From the NCBI RefSeq assembly GCF_009834535.1, contig NC_045696.1:43526001-43590000 (forward strand): 64,000 nucleotides of DNA. Reading direction: 5' to 3'. How positions within the stretch are numbered: the stretch's first letter is position 1; every line of letters starts with the position of its first letter. The notes under the pieces are model-generated. The model saw nothing but the letters and a program-made list of their open reading frames with translations. It was not told where the DNA came from and did not search any database. This document shows positions 37,053 through 50,870 of this stretch, one piece after another. The translations under genes were made by a program, and so were the position numbers. Source of the DNA: Camelus ferus. Its lineage: Eukaryota.

Positions 37053-39824
37053 ACTGTTTATGATCAGTAACTTCTACTTGTCATTTCACAGATTTCCTTT
37101 TCATACAATAAGTAAAATATATTCAAACATCATTCAGTTTAAGTGAAGGTGTTATACTTATTTAAAGTACCTGAAATTAGATATGATTAAAGGTGATGAA
37201 CTATTGATTATTCATGATAAACACAATTGAATACATACTATACTAACTGATTATCTTTCTGAAATATAAGTAATTCTGGCCTCATTAATAAGAATCATCT
37301 GGATCATTTATGTGCAAATGATGTATTACTTATATATAAAAGAGAGAACACTATAGCTATTTAATTCTCCAGACATTGTCCTTGTCCAAGCTGAACACAC
37401 ACATACACAGAGGCACACATACCATTCATAGAAATAAGATGTACACATATAATTTTACCTAGGTAGTATTTTATTAAGAAATTTTAATTTGTGCTATGTG
37501 CTGCTTTGCAGTGAATATGAAGTATTTCTAAGCAACATTTTTTTTCCTGAATAACATAGTGAAAGATCATAGGAAACCTAAACTGAGATCCAGATAATAG
37601 AACTAACAAGCTTTTAATTGTGAGTCACTCTACTAAAGATATTCTAATTTAATTATATTATTTAATTTAATTATTTAAATTATATTAACACTTAACATCT
37701 TTCAAATTTATAATTATCTTATTTTAAATCTGGAATGTTAGGTTTTCTCCCCACAGTTTATATGTTTATCTTGACTTCTGAAGTCAGTTAATCTAAAGTG
37801 TAAGTAAAGATTCAAAAATTAATTAATCAGTCTTTGTTTTGGATTAACATTATATAGAAATATATAACATAGTTTGGCCATTCTCAAATATGACACAGTC
37901 TACATTATATCAGACACTCATTAAGTTTACTTATCACTCTCAACGAATGTTCATTAGCAGATAGTGGAATTACAGATTGTAAATGAAAAGTAGCTTCTAC
38001 AACACTATCTTTAGTTTGTATAATTGTCTTTCTTCTCTATAGTAAGAATCTATAGGTTATGAATGATAGTATGAAATAAACTCACTGATGAATAGTGCCA
38101 ATGGCTTTTCTCCTGATACGCTTTTAGATTCTGATAAGGAATCAAAATCACAGTAATTATAATATACTTCCACCCACAGTAGGAGAGATGATAATCATTT
38201 CCTTTGCTTATGATTTCCTTCCCACTCCCATATATTCTTCGTAGAGAACATGGTTATGCCTTTCTCAGTCTGCTCTGAAAACTTTTCTCAAGGAAATCCT
38301 TGATACCACCTTCTGGCCATTGCTGATAAAACTACAGGTGTTCACTTGTCCCAAGTCATACTATTGATACTTACTTTCCTAGGAAAAGACCACACAGTTT
38401 CTGCATTCAGACCCTGTTGAGCATATGGATATAATGCCAAGCAGACATATTTTACTATGTGCCATCTCCTTACCCTGCCAGAAAAAAAAAGACCATTTAT
38501 AGGGACAAATACCAAGAAAATACAAGAGCCTTGACTCCTGGTAGCTTTACTTTTTAGGGTTTTGGTCCAGTGGGAAATATTTCAGAATCATATTGACACT
38601 TTTGACCTCAGTAAGCTGCTCAAATCCTCCTTAATAATTATGGTAGTTTTGAGGACATTTGTTACTTATAATCAAACCAATATTTACAAGTAACCAATCC
38701 TAGTTTCTTATAACCAAGTGATCCTAGATTAAGACACTATGCATTTAGTAGGTAAGAAAATCGATGCATATTGGACAGTTTTAGGGTTGGAGACAAAGTG
38801 AGAATGGAAATTATCAGTCACGTAAAAAGTAAAGAAAGTAGAATTGGTAGTGGTTAAAATTGTCAGGAAAACTAGGTGAAAGTACCTAATTTGAAAATTT
38901 TGCTTTTTCAAATGTTCATGCACTTAATTATGAGCCTTAACCAATACTCTACTTGATATCAGTGATTACTGCTTTTGTTGTGAGCATATTGATGGTGTAG
39001 TTTATTCAATTTTCTGAAAGATCAAAAAATGATTAAAGAATCAAGGCTCAGAGATCGGAGTTCTGATGTCTTAAAATAGTTGTTTTTGATACATTCAAAC
39101 AGAGATGTCAAGAAACCAATGTAATAAACTTGTCCCAAGTTTAAAAGACAATTTGGATTGGATATATTCTTTTTGGAAATCACTATATGTACATATGTGT
39201 TTTCTAGGGAAAATGTGAAAAGCATTAAGAGAAATAAATTCAAGATATCTTCAAGAACTTAAACATTTAAACATGAGGTAAATAATGATGAGCTAATAAA
39301 GACTGAGCAGAGGACAATTAAGTAAGAATAATACCTGAGGTGTGTAGTGTTGTGGAAACTAAAGAAAATATAATTAAAGAATGAAGATACGGCGCATAGT
39401 GAAATCAGAAGACTAAAAAATATTCATTGGATTTAATGGCATTGACAGAACGTGGAAAATGCTGTGCAGTGATACAAGAGGATAACAGAATGGAATTAGT
39501 TGGTAGAAGAAATGTAAGCAGCATAAATACATCTTGAAAAATTTGACAGTAATGGAGAGAATGGGTTAAGATGATGATGTTAAAAACACAGTGGAATTTG
39601 GGACCTTTTAAATTGTGCCTTTAAAAATATTTTAAATAATACAAATTGTAGGTTCTTAGGGGAACTTTTAAATGATAGGAAAGTGCTTACAGAATAGAAG
39701 GGTGAAGATAAAGGAGAGACAACAATAATCAATAAAAGTTTCCTAGAAGACAGCATATAATGTAATACAGGCCCTAAGAAGAAGTAAGGTCATTAGATGG
39801 ATGAAGACATTCTGTCCCTTAGAC

Positions 39825-40014
39825 TAGGATTTCCAGATTTAGCAAATAAAAATATACAATTTCCAATTAAACTGAATTTCAGATAAGCAATGAATATTTT
39901 TACTATAAGTATGTCCAATATAATAGTTGGGTCATACTTAATACTAAAATTGTGTTTGTCATTTGCCTGAAATTCAAATTTAACTAGACATGCTGCATTT
40001 TTCTGGCAAACTTA
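39825..40014. mobile_element. MER53 palindromic hAT MITE, near full length
   Basis: Termini taggatttccagattt and tctggcaaactta. Internal arms tgaatttcagataagcaa / tttgcctgaaattca and taagtatgtccaa / ttgggtcatactta are mutual reverse complements apart from a few mismatches. Confidence 0.9.
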
Positions 40015-40842
40015 AATTGAATCCAAGTAGGAGACTCCCCACACTCTTTTCTGGAGCTGGTGTTTAGAAAGCTTCTCTATGACCCTCCTTTGACCATACT
40101 TGACAGTACAGAGTGAGGACTTCTTGGGACAAAGGGGACATATCCATCTGGAATCCATGCCAGCCCTTCTAGCTCCCACGATACTGCAATGCCCTGAAAA
40201 CATGTATGATAAGCTACCTCCATGGCTGCTTGGGTCTCTTCATATTCTTCCACCCTGTAAGAAATATAACTGCCAGTATGCCCACCATGTACATCCCAAG
40301 AGACATGGTACAGCCAAGAGACAGGTCCTTGTAGGCATATTAAAAAAAAACATCTTGAATGTGAAGATGTTTCTCCACATACGTGATCATCAGGTAAGAA
40401 ATAGATGAAAATTAGTAAGCAAAAGGAGTGAAAAGAGAAAGTAGGCAGGCCAGCTTTAAAAGCAGCTGAGGGCTTTAAGGCAACTTTCCTGGTGTTGTCA
40501 AGTTCCTAGAAGGGATTATGAGGAGTGGAAGAAATTTAAATTCAAATCTGATTCCCTGGTTGTAAAGTAAATGTAAAGTTATATTTTCCAAGAAAGAAGG
40601 AGAAAACATAATTTATTTAACAATCTTCTGGTTTGATTTTGGCTTGTCTTTCCCTGTGTTCTGGAAATATAAAAAGTGGGCCAAGAGAAAGGTATCATTT
40701 CCAGTGTAACCATGTAAAGGAGAAGATGGTCATGTGTCCCTGTAACACTATACACATGGTAGTGTGACACTGAGGGAGATACCCTTGGACAGTTTCTGTT
40801 TTCTTGAAGGTAGTAGAAAGGGTTATTTTCTAAAAGTAGGAA

Positions 40843-40873
40843 TGTGAGTGAGTGTGTGTGTGTGTGTGTGTGT
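40843..40873. repeat. (TG)n microsatellite
   Basis: Directly visible. Confidence 0.95.
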
Positions 40874-41369
40874 CTGTGTCTGTACACAAATGGTAATCAT
40901 AAGTTTGCAAGATCTGATATAATTATTCAGAAAAAAAGGTGGGAAATGTGCCTGAAGAAAACTACTAGGATTTTTCTGCAGTGTGTTGAGAAACCCAAGT
41001 TATGATTCTGGGCATGACTTAATAGTGATATTTCAAAACATCAAATTTGGTGGTGTTGAAGAAAGATAGGCACATTCATGAAAGATCACAGTTTTACCAG
41101 GTAGTTTTAATAAAAAGGAGAAAAGCAAAGAAGGTCAGGGTATTTGGAAGAGGATGACTGAAATGGTAGATGATGATATCTAAGCTAGTTTTGCTGGAAT
41201 GAGGGTAACAAATCAGAGGAAATGGAAGTTGGATTGTCAATGTGCTAATAGGCCTGTAGAGAAACATCTCTAATGGTTGCTTCTCAGACTTCTCCTCTTC
41301 CTTTATTTTCATATTTTGCTTTTCAAAAGTCTTATAAATAGCATTGTGTAGTTGGAGACCAGGAATAGC

Positions 41370-41550
41370 ATTCAAGCCATGAAGTGTTGATTTCAATCTC
41401 TTGTTTCAAACAGTATATATAATCTTAGGAAAAGCATAACTTCTTTGATACTCAGTTTCCTCATATATTAAAATACTACATTAATACTTACATCATAGTA
41501 CTGCTATGAGATATCACTGTCATACATATCTAGTGCTCATTTGGTATGGA
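41370..41550 (+). mobile_element. MIR fragment
   Basis: aatcttaggaaaagcataacttctttgatactcagtttcctcatatattaaaat. Confidence 0.6.
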
Positions 41551-43139
41551 TGCTGCTTTCTTTTTTCTCCTTCTCTGTATATCCATATGCACGTATTTAT
41601 GTATATGTATATATACATAATGACCTCATTTAATTCAGCTCCTTACATACTAATGCCTTCCCAAGGGCAAAAGTCTCCTTCCTGAGTTTCAGATTTGCAT
41701 TTCAAGCCTCTATGAATTATGCTTTTCCTGGATGTTCTATGGTTACCTCAAATCCAAAATTTGCTCATCATTTATTTCTCCCAAATCATTTATATTCCCA
41801 TAGGCTAAACTTTAGCTTTATCAACATTTTGCACAGCCAAAGACATCATGCATTATCATGTCTCCAAGTCTCTGCGTGTTCTTTCTTCTACCTTGGTCTT
41901 ACAAATAAACTCAAAATGTTTTGAATGCTAGTTCCTTTTTATTGCTTGCCATGAACATGATTGCAGACGTCCTATGCAGAGTAAGTTTTTTTTTACTGAT
42001 TTCTTAATAGACATATTTTAAAAAATCACTTCTGAGTCCACACAAGAACTCATATCAAACCAAACAAAACCAAAGCAAAAATACAAATATGCTTTTAGAC
42101 TCAAGAGAACTTTTCAGGCTATTCTTCCTAGGTTATGCTTTAAATCACATCTTCAAATATCTCCATATGCCAGTTTACTTTCTTATACTTAGATTCCTGC
42201 CTCTTTCCAAAGTCTCACAGATAGTTTTTCTTACTTTTGTTTCACCCTTGGACAGACTTCTGAATTAGCCATCTCCACAGTGTGCAGTTTGATGCCCAGC
42301 CTTGTGTTCCATTCTCAGCTAAGGTGACTAGAGCTCTAAATAGAGGCTGGGCTCCATGTTCCCACTTTTCTGACAGTGATGAATATTTATCAGACAATGC
42401 ATTAAAATTACTTTTTAACATGTCAATATCCCATTAAACCTAACTTCTTAAGTGGCAGTGGATATGTCTTAGATACTTTTTCCTAATAATTAGGACAATG
42501 CCAGTAATGTTGTGTTGCTTAAATGAGTTTGTAGAGTCATAGGGGAGATTCCACATCTTTTCTATTTGCATTGTGACAGATATTTTCCACTTTCTCTCAG
42601 TAAGGCTAGGTAGAAAATTATAAACTCAAAGCTACTTTTTAAAAGCAGCACCATGGTTAAGATAATTCCTCTTTCTCTGATAGTCAGTGTTGCTGATGAT
42701 AAATCAACATCAATTTCACTATTTTTTTCCCCAAGAATCTGAGTTCTTTCTTGGTTTATGTTTTTGTTTTTTCTTTTACTATTTCTAAAACACCATGATA
42801 TATTTTAAATTTTTATTTCAATCCTACTTGGCATTTAGTGAGATTTTAACCTGATGACCCATGGCTTTCTCCAGCTCTAGGAAAATCTCAATCTTTGTTG
42901 CTTCAAACAGTATACTTCTATCATCTTATTTTGTCATTAATTTTTGAACCTATGTTACTCACATGCTGAGTTAATGGATCTATCCTCTGTTCTTTAAATT
43001 TTATTTGTTTTTTTCCAACTTATCTCTTTGGGTAGCAATCTGGTAACTTTCAATAATGTGATCTTTTACTTTACCAATCTGCTCTTTAACCAAGTTTAAT
43101 ATACTGTTCAATCCTTGAAGAAAAACATTGAGGCCTGAC

Positions 43140-43262
43140 TACAAAACCCTGAGCAAATTACTTAAATTCTCTGTGCTTCAGTTTCTTCCTCTTTAAAATG
43201 AAGCCTATCATAGTAGCAATGTTGTGGTGTTATTCTGAGTTAATGTTTGGGAAGCATTTATA
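43140..43262 (+). mobile_element. MIR fragment
   Basis: ccctgagcaaattacttaaattctctgtgcttcagtttcttcctctttaaaatg. Confidence 0.75.
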
Positions 43263-43414
43263 TATATTTCTTTCCTTTTTTTCCTGCCTATATAACTATT
43301 CTAGACTTTCAACTCTCCACATCTTGATTGTTCAAATTGTTTTCCATTGCATCCCTTGGGGAAAAAAAGAATTTCCTTTATAATTCACCTTCATCTTAAA
43401 CGTCACTGCCACAT

Positions 43415-43960
43415 CTGTCCATCGATAGATGACTGGATAAAGAAGATGTGGTATATTTATACAATGGAATACTATTCAGCCATAAAAACGACACATTAAC
43501 GCCATTTGTGGCAACATGGATAACCCTGGAGAATGTCATTCTAAGTGAAATAAGCCAGAAAGAGAAAGAAAAATACCATATGAGATCACTCATATGTGGA
43601 ATCTAAAAAAAAGAAAAAAGAAAGAAAGAAAAGAAAAAGACAAATGAACATAGATACAAAAAAGAAACAGACTCAGACACAGAATACAAACTTGTGATTG
43701 CCAGAGGGGAGGGGTGTGGGAAGGGACAGACCGGGAATTAGAAATTTGTAGATACTGACAGGTATATATAGAATAGATAAATAAGATTATACTGTATAGC
43801 ACAGGGAAATGTATACAAGATCTTGTGGTAGCTCACGGTCACAAAGTATGCAACAATGAACATATGTATGTTCCTGTATAACTGACAAATTGTGTTCTAC
43901 ATTGGAAATTGACACAACATTGTAAACTGACTATAACTCAATAAAATAGAATTAAAAAAA
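43415..43960 (+). mobile_element. Camelid-type L1 3' fragment with TSD
   Basis: tgtccatcgatagatgactggataaagaagatgtggtat...A-rich tail. TSD taaacgtcactgccacat (43397-43414) and taaacatcactgctacat (43961-43978), 16/18 identical. Confidence 0.95.
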
Positions 43961-45346
43961 TAAACATCACTGCTACATATAAGTTATTTTTTTGCACATA
44001 ATTCATCCATATCCCAGATCTAAGAAACTATCAGGAAACTTCATTATTTATATTTATTTCTGCTGATTGATAGTTTCCCTATATCTCAACCAAAACACTT
44101 CACCTATATATCTACTGTAGTCCAACAAGCGTGTCATACACATTCTGCTTTGCATTTGCTTCTCTTATTCATTAACTCATTTACTTATTATGCAATCATT
44201 ATTCATAATTTCATAATTTATTAAAGATGTGAATACAAAGATGAATAAGTCATGATTTCTGCTGCATGCTGGAAGTCACAGACATGAAACCATGTAAATA
44301 ATTTTAGTACAAAGTGGTATGTACCATACTGAAGGTTTTATAACTGTACTATAAAACAAGTTTACACTTCTTTTTAATAATGAAAATGTTCATACATACA
44401 AAAAAGTACAGACAGTAATATAACAAGTACCACTTTTAACTATCACTTTGAATTAGCAAATGTTAACATTTTGTCACATTTGTTTTAGATCTTATCATTT
44501 TGTAATCAAATTAGTTTGGCCCATTTGACTAGTCACTAGAAATAGCCACTCTTATAATTCCCAAAGACATTTAAAAATTTTTCTTTTACATGTGCTACTG
44601 TAGAATACAGAATAGCCTCTTCATAGCTTAGCTAATTTCTTGCAATACAGATGAGCCCAAATATAAGTAATAATGACACTTTGGGGAAAGTTTGGTAATA
44701 TCTAAGACCGTATGAATAATCTTCTTTAGATTGGTTCTAACTCATCTACACCATCAGAAATTTCCAAGATTAAATGGCTCCATATGTACAGTTCATCTTC
44801 TAAGCCCTATATTTCTTGCCGAACAATTAAACCCTTTCAGAATGACTGACAATGAATTTATTTCCTTTAGTAGAGAATTATTTTCCCTACTTCCAATAGT
44901 GTATTGTGCCTCCAATGAGTCTGACATATAGCTAACTATTTAATAATAAAATAACATGTGCCTAGGATTTGGAATGATTTCATTTCAAATAACACCACAT
45001 TCCACATTTGCTATATCACTGTCTTTCCTCCAGTAAAAAATAAAATAAAGATTAAGTCTTCACATTCTAGTTGTTTTTAGTTCAGTCTTCCTTACTCTTA
45101 GCAAGTCTTTGATCCAAACACACAAACTCCATAAACTCATACACCCGTATTCATGTATACTATGATGATGGAAAAAATATAAATAAAGCAATACATTTTA
45201 GCCAAAGTACTCTCTAAATTATAGTATTGGTGTACTTTGTTTTCTAAATAGGATGTTGAACTACAAAATCTGAAGCATTCACATTTATTAGATTGAACCA
45301 CGTAAAATGAAAATATTGACTGTTTATTTTTTCTTTTATGTAAGCA

Positions 45347-45767
45347 TGATGGTTGTTTTATGTGTCAGCTTGACTGGGCTGAGGGATACATAGATTAAAC
45401 CTTATTTCTGGGTGTGTGTGGGTAAAAGTGTTTCCAGATGAGTCAGCATTTGAATCAGTGGACTCAATAAAGTAGATTGCTTTTCCCAATGTGGTGGGTA
45501 TCATCCAATCTATTAAGGGCCTAAATAGAACAAAGAAGTAGAGGAAGAAAAATTCACTCATTTTGCTTCCTGCTTTCCTGCTTGAGCTGGAACATTGATC
45601 TTATCCTTCTCTTATACCATGAGATCCATTGGTTTTCAGGCCTTTGGACTTGGATTGGTATACACCAGATTTCCTGGGTCTCAAGCTTGCAAACAACATA
45701 TGTTGGGACATCTCAGTCTTCATAATCACATGGGCCAATCCCTCACAACAAATGTATTTTTATATAT
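45347..45767 (+). mobile_element. ERVL LTR, MLT2 (B/D-like)
   Basis: tgatggttgttttatgtgtcagcttgactgggc...gatgagtcagcatttgaatcagtggactc...caggcctttggacttgga; clearly the same family as 30940-31355. Confidence 0.88.
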
Positions 45768-45799
45768 AAAAAGATGTAGAAATATTGTCTATCAGAGAC

Positions 45800-47820
45800 A
45801 CAGACTGAGGGACAAAAATTCCAATGCTTATCTTAATATTTGTAAAAGAACAATTCTAAAACAATCAACGTTTATTCATGATTTAAAAAGCAAGTCCTTT
45901 GGCAAAATAAAACTAGAAGAGAAATTTCTTAACCTCATAAATTACCTGCTAAAAACTCTTGCAAATGTATCACTTAAAGTGAAGCTTTAAAGATATTTTC
46001 AATAATATCAGAAACAAACCAAAAAACCCCTCACATCACTATTGTTTAACAACTTGGATGCTACGGACAATGCAAGGTGTCAACAAAAGGAAAAATAGAC
46101 ATATATATTGAGAAGAAAAATCAAAGTTGTCTTATTCATAAAGGATATAATTTGCTAAGGAGACAAATTGTCTCACATACTGCCCTCTCAAGAAATCTAA
46201 CAGAATCTATCTGTGATATTAAAATGTTAAGTGAGATTGTTGAATAGAAGTTCAGTACACAAAAATTAGTATCATTCATTTAAATAATCCATGGAAAATG
46301 TGATTTTTTAAAGGATACCATTTATAATAGAAACCAAACCTTCTAGAATTTCTTGGAATAAACTGAAAAAATGTGCAGGAATCTGACAAATACTAAAAAA
46401 TATTGTCTATACATATAAAAGATAACCTAAATGTTGAGAGAGTACTAGATCCATGCAGATAAGAAAGTATAATACTAGAAATGTAATAGATTGTTACAAC
46501 TATTGTAAAATCATTGTAATTTAAAGTCATCAATATTTTTCCACAGAAATCAAGAAATTATTCTAAATTACTATGAGAGTGCAGAAGAAGAGTTCTTCAA
46601 AAAAAAAAAAAAAAAACCAAAAAGGAAGAGAAAGGCAGGCAAACTATCCCTACCATATGTTACAGTGTTTATAAAACTATATGAATTAAAATATCATGGT
46701 CACTGGTACAGAATTAGACATATAGATAAATGGAATGGAACAGAACTGAATGTCTAGAAATAGAAATAAACATTTCCAGGAAATTGATATATGATAAAAG
46801 CAGCAGTAAAAACATTAGGAAAAAGAAATTATTCAAAGATATATTATCAGAGATATTATTCAGTATGACCCTGAGCCAGTTAAGTCACCTCACAACACAC
46901 ACATATGTAATATACATTTGTATTAAATATCAAATATATTAAAAATAAATTTTAATCTGTTATGTGATTATATAGTAGAATATTCTCAGAATATGATAAA
47001 ATGATTTCTTAGCATGTTGAAAAATCATTGATGAGTCTGCCTACATGCCAAATTATGAAACATACTTAAGACCAAAAATTTTAAAAGTTGTATAAACACA
47101 ATCAAAAGACAAATAGTAAAGCAGAAGATACTTGTATTCATAAAAACAGAGAAAACGGTAGTAAGATTCAGAATATGGAGATAGCCTCTAGAAGTCAAGA
47201 AAAACAAGAGAGCAAACAAGTATTTCATTGAAGAGGATCTATTTGGGGCCAATACATATATGAAAATATGTTTTACTTGACTAATAGTAAAAATAATGCA
47301 GATTAAAACAAAAAGTTATTATTGCACATCCAACCAGAGAGGCAAAAATGAAATTTCTCATAGCAATTCTCTAGAAATACTAGCATAAACTGGACCTTGC
47401 AATCAGCCGTTCTGCTTCTAGGAAGACATTTTTATATGCACACAGGAAACATGTATGTATATGTGTTAATGTCAGAAACAATCTTAGAATATAAAACTAA
47501 ATATAAATATTGATATGATTAAATACTTATATGACAGTTAAAATGATTGTACTATATTTAAAAGATTGCATTTTTATGTATCAGAGAAGATATACTATGA
47601 ATTTCAATGTTGAGTGAAAAAAAGACATTGAAGGACAATGCATTTAATTTGTTATTATTTACGTAAAGTTTTAAACTGATAATATTTTTTAAAATGTACA
47701 TATACTTCTCCATAAGAAAAATGTATCAGACATAGATTAAATAGATAACTCCAGTTGATGGTAATGGTTTCTTCCAGTGAAAGAAAAGTTAATAGGATTG
47801 TACTGAAGGAAAATAAGCAG
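45800..47820 (+). mobile_element. Highly decayed L1ME-like ORF2 and 3'UTR
   Basis: KSFGKIKLEEKFLNLIN and WNRTECLEI...KLIYDK (ORF 46730) are L1 ORF2-like. tgttgagtgaaaaaa is a typical old-L1 3'UTR motif. Confidence 0.7.
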
Positions 47821-48915
47821 AAAGTCAGGAAAATTAGGAAAAAGCATTATCAAATGTTCTGTTTTATGTTCTTTCCTCTCCATATGCATTTGCTTTTCAT
47901 TTCTTCATATTACACTTTTTGCTTTTTATATATTTTTAAAAGTTTTCTCTAGTTTCCTTATCTTATTTTACTCATATATCCCTCAACTCACTCTTCATTT
48001 GAGGATCTATAATGCATTTATGTTTCTTGTCATTTCTCTTTGATTTCATTTTAATTTTCTCTTGTCTATGAGTTTTTTCAATCTCCTTAGGTATACATAG
48101 TTAATGTTACTAATTTTCTTTTCTGTTTTCTTTTAGATTTTTTAATTTAAGTCTTTATTGAAGTTGTCTTAAAATATCAGGAGAGAAAAATAAAACCTGG
48201 GATAATTTTCAAAGTAGTCACACACCAGAGCTTACATTCATAAACTCTGAGAAAGACTGCTTATGATACATTATTTAAATCATATCTAAAGAGGCAGAGA
48301 GTTAAAAAAAAAAAAGATAAAATAAGTGGCTTTTCCAATAAGAAAGGAGATATTCAATTAAACAAGGTTTACTCTTTAGCATATATGTATGTACACAATG
48401 TATATTCCTACAGATGACTTTTTCAAAATCTTCATAAATATATTAGGACATTCCTTTATATAGTGTAATAGACCAGTAGAGAAGATTTCCAAGTTATATT
48501 ATAACTACTAATTTACATTTTTATTTTAAATAATCCTATGAATATATTTTCTTTTTCATAGATTTCAAACTATTTGTACATATCCTTTTCCTGAATAATT
48601 TTTGTTTTTATTAAACCCATACATTTATTTTCTTTGTGTCCAAATTTTCGAATGACATCTTATTCTTACTCACCACCTTGCAAACTGTAGTACAAAAGTA
48701 AAACTGATTTTTTTGAGATTCATAATATATTTCTTACCAATATAACTGGCTTCTAGCATATTTTCAAAGTATGGTATAATTAACACATTACCATCAGCAG
48801 AATAGAGTCACTATTTAATCTTGGATTGTGGCAAAATATCAGATTAATCAAATCACAATTTGAACCACAAGTCAAATAAGTCTTTGCTTCTATTACTAAC
48901 ATTAAAAAAAAAGAG

Positions 48916-48984
48916 AGAAACTTTTGTGAAATCACATCTATATGCTTTCCACAGAAACTTTTGTGAAATCACATCTATATGCTT
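48916..48984 (+). repeat. Perfect 32-bp direct duplication, period 37
   Basis: agaaacttttgtgaaatcacatctatatgctt at 48916-48947 and 48953-48984, spacer tccac. Confidence 0.97.
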
Positions 48985-50329
48985 AAACATGTCACGTTCA
49001 AGCATGTGACTCAAAAATAGATTCGTTTCTTTGAACTAGATATTCTTCATTTTTCTTTTCTAGTCAAAAATACCATTACCCTAGATTTGAGTGACACCTA
49101 TAAAATTCTATTTACCTCATTTTAAAATTTGCACTCCCTTTTTATTACTCACAAGTAATATTCCTGGCGCCACTTCTTTGTTTTTTTACTACTAGAAATT
49201 ATTGTATTTCTTCCATGGCGTACATTAAAGTATTTTTTGGTCTGGGTATGTTTCACTTTTCTCCTCAGATATATGTTTCCAATCACCATTATACACAATC
49301 CATATTTTCCTAGGAGCCTGCTTTTTTGATATCAGAATCTATGGAATCCAGTCTTACTTGTAATATCATCTACTACACTATTCTATGCTTTTTCCTTTCG
49401 AAAAATATCAATCAAAGAAGAGATGAAAATACCACATGGGTTTCAAAATTTTCTGATGCATAAACAGGACTTCAAAGCTTGGCTCGACATTTATTCCCAT
49501 ACAGATCAAGAAAACTTTGGTTACGTTCAAGCAGTGACATGAGCCTCCAGTTCTTCAGCCTTGTGTTTCTGATCCCTATTCTTCCCATTACCGGTACATC
49601 TGTCTTTCTGAAACAGAAGCTTGATTATGCAAGAGCTTATAAAGACAAGCATAGGGCCACAAAGCACTCCATATACCTACTTCATTCATTTTGATCTCTT
49701 TTTAAGCTTAAAAATTTTTTCTTTACCAGTTTACCTAGACTGCAAAGTAATTTTGTAATCATAAACTGTGCTTTACCCTAATTTTTACATCCCTCATTCT
49801 CAGAATGTACTAATAACTTTTAAAATTCTGTGGTCCTTGAATGTTCAATGCATCTTTGCCACGATCTCAAGAGCTGCTTTATATTGTTTTTGGGATGTAT
49901 TCCTAAATCATTTCTAAAATACAACACAAGAAATAAATTCAATACTGTTCAATTATAAGTCCTGGTCATGATCACAGTTAAATCATTCTATGCATAACAA
50001 TAATTCTCTCTACAAAGAATACTAACATACTTCTATTTCTGTCAACATTTCTTCTTCTGTGACTGGAACAGTGTACTGAATGAATGAATGAATGAATGAA
50101 GTGGAATGAAGTGAATAAATGGGAAAATGTGAAGCACACGAGATGACGCTTCTTTCCTCAAAAAATCCCAATTTACTCTCTACAAGAAGATGCTCATTTA
50201 TTATTCTGATTATGCAGAATTTCTTGGTTTTATCTTCTTCCTCTGTCTTTTGATCCTTCTCTTAGCAATTTTGTGACATAAAAAATGATTTAAAGGATAT
50301 GACTTCAGAAATTTCATAGTTCATGTATG

Positions 50330-50870
50330 CAATTAAAATGTGGCATAGAACCTACAACAAGGAGTAGTAGAAGTAGAGCATTGGGGCGTTCAAGATTACT
50401 TTAGGAAGGCCAGGAAATGCTTCATAGAGAAAGAATGTTTAAGCAGTATTATGATTAATATCCTCCCAGGCAGTTCAGAAAGCACAGATTGTCCATGTAT
50501 ACCAAATAGTATGTGCAATGGGGCAAAACAGGGAGGCATCCAATGACTATATAAATTCTAAATTGCAGAACTAAAGATAGTAGTTGTGAAAAAAGCAAAG
50601 AATATGTTCCACAGATGATAATGGGTCAGGTCATAAAGAAACTAAAGAGGTACAACATTATTTTGGATGATGAGTAGTTATGAACACTTTCTAAACATGG
50701 AGTGACATTATTAGCTTTATGCTTTAGACAATAACTCAAGGGAAGTACACATGGTGGAATGGAGTGGGGGGAGTCTGAATGCAGACTGCTCATACTGGAG
50801 ATGATAAAAGCTTGAACAAAGAGCATGAAGCCAGATGACCAAATTATGAGAACCATGTGTAAACAAACTC
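50330..50870 (-). mobile_element. L2 fragment
   Basis: ggaaggccaggaaatgcttcatagaga...ggagtgacattattagctttatgctttaga...gagatgataaaagcttgaac. Confidence 0.55.

Noticed and set aside
45595..45990. 131-aa ORF
   Set aside because: It is a chance read-through across an MLT2 LTR and a decayed L1.
48985..49009. p53-like half-sites AAACATGTCA / AAGCATGTGA
   Set aside because: Mismatches in both halves and a 5-bp spacer; compatible with chance.
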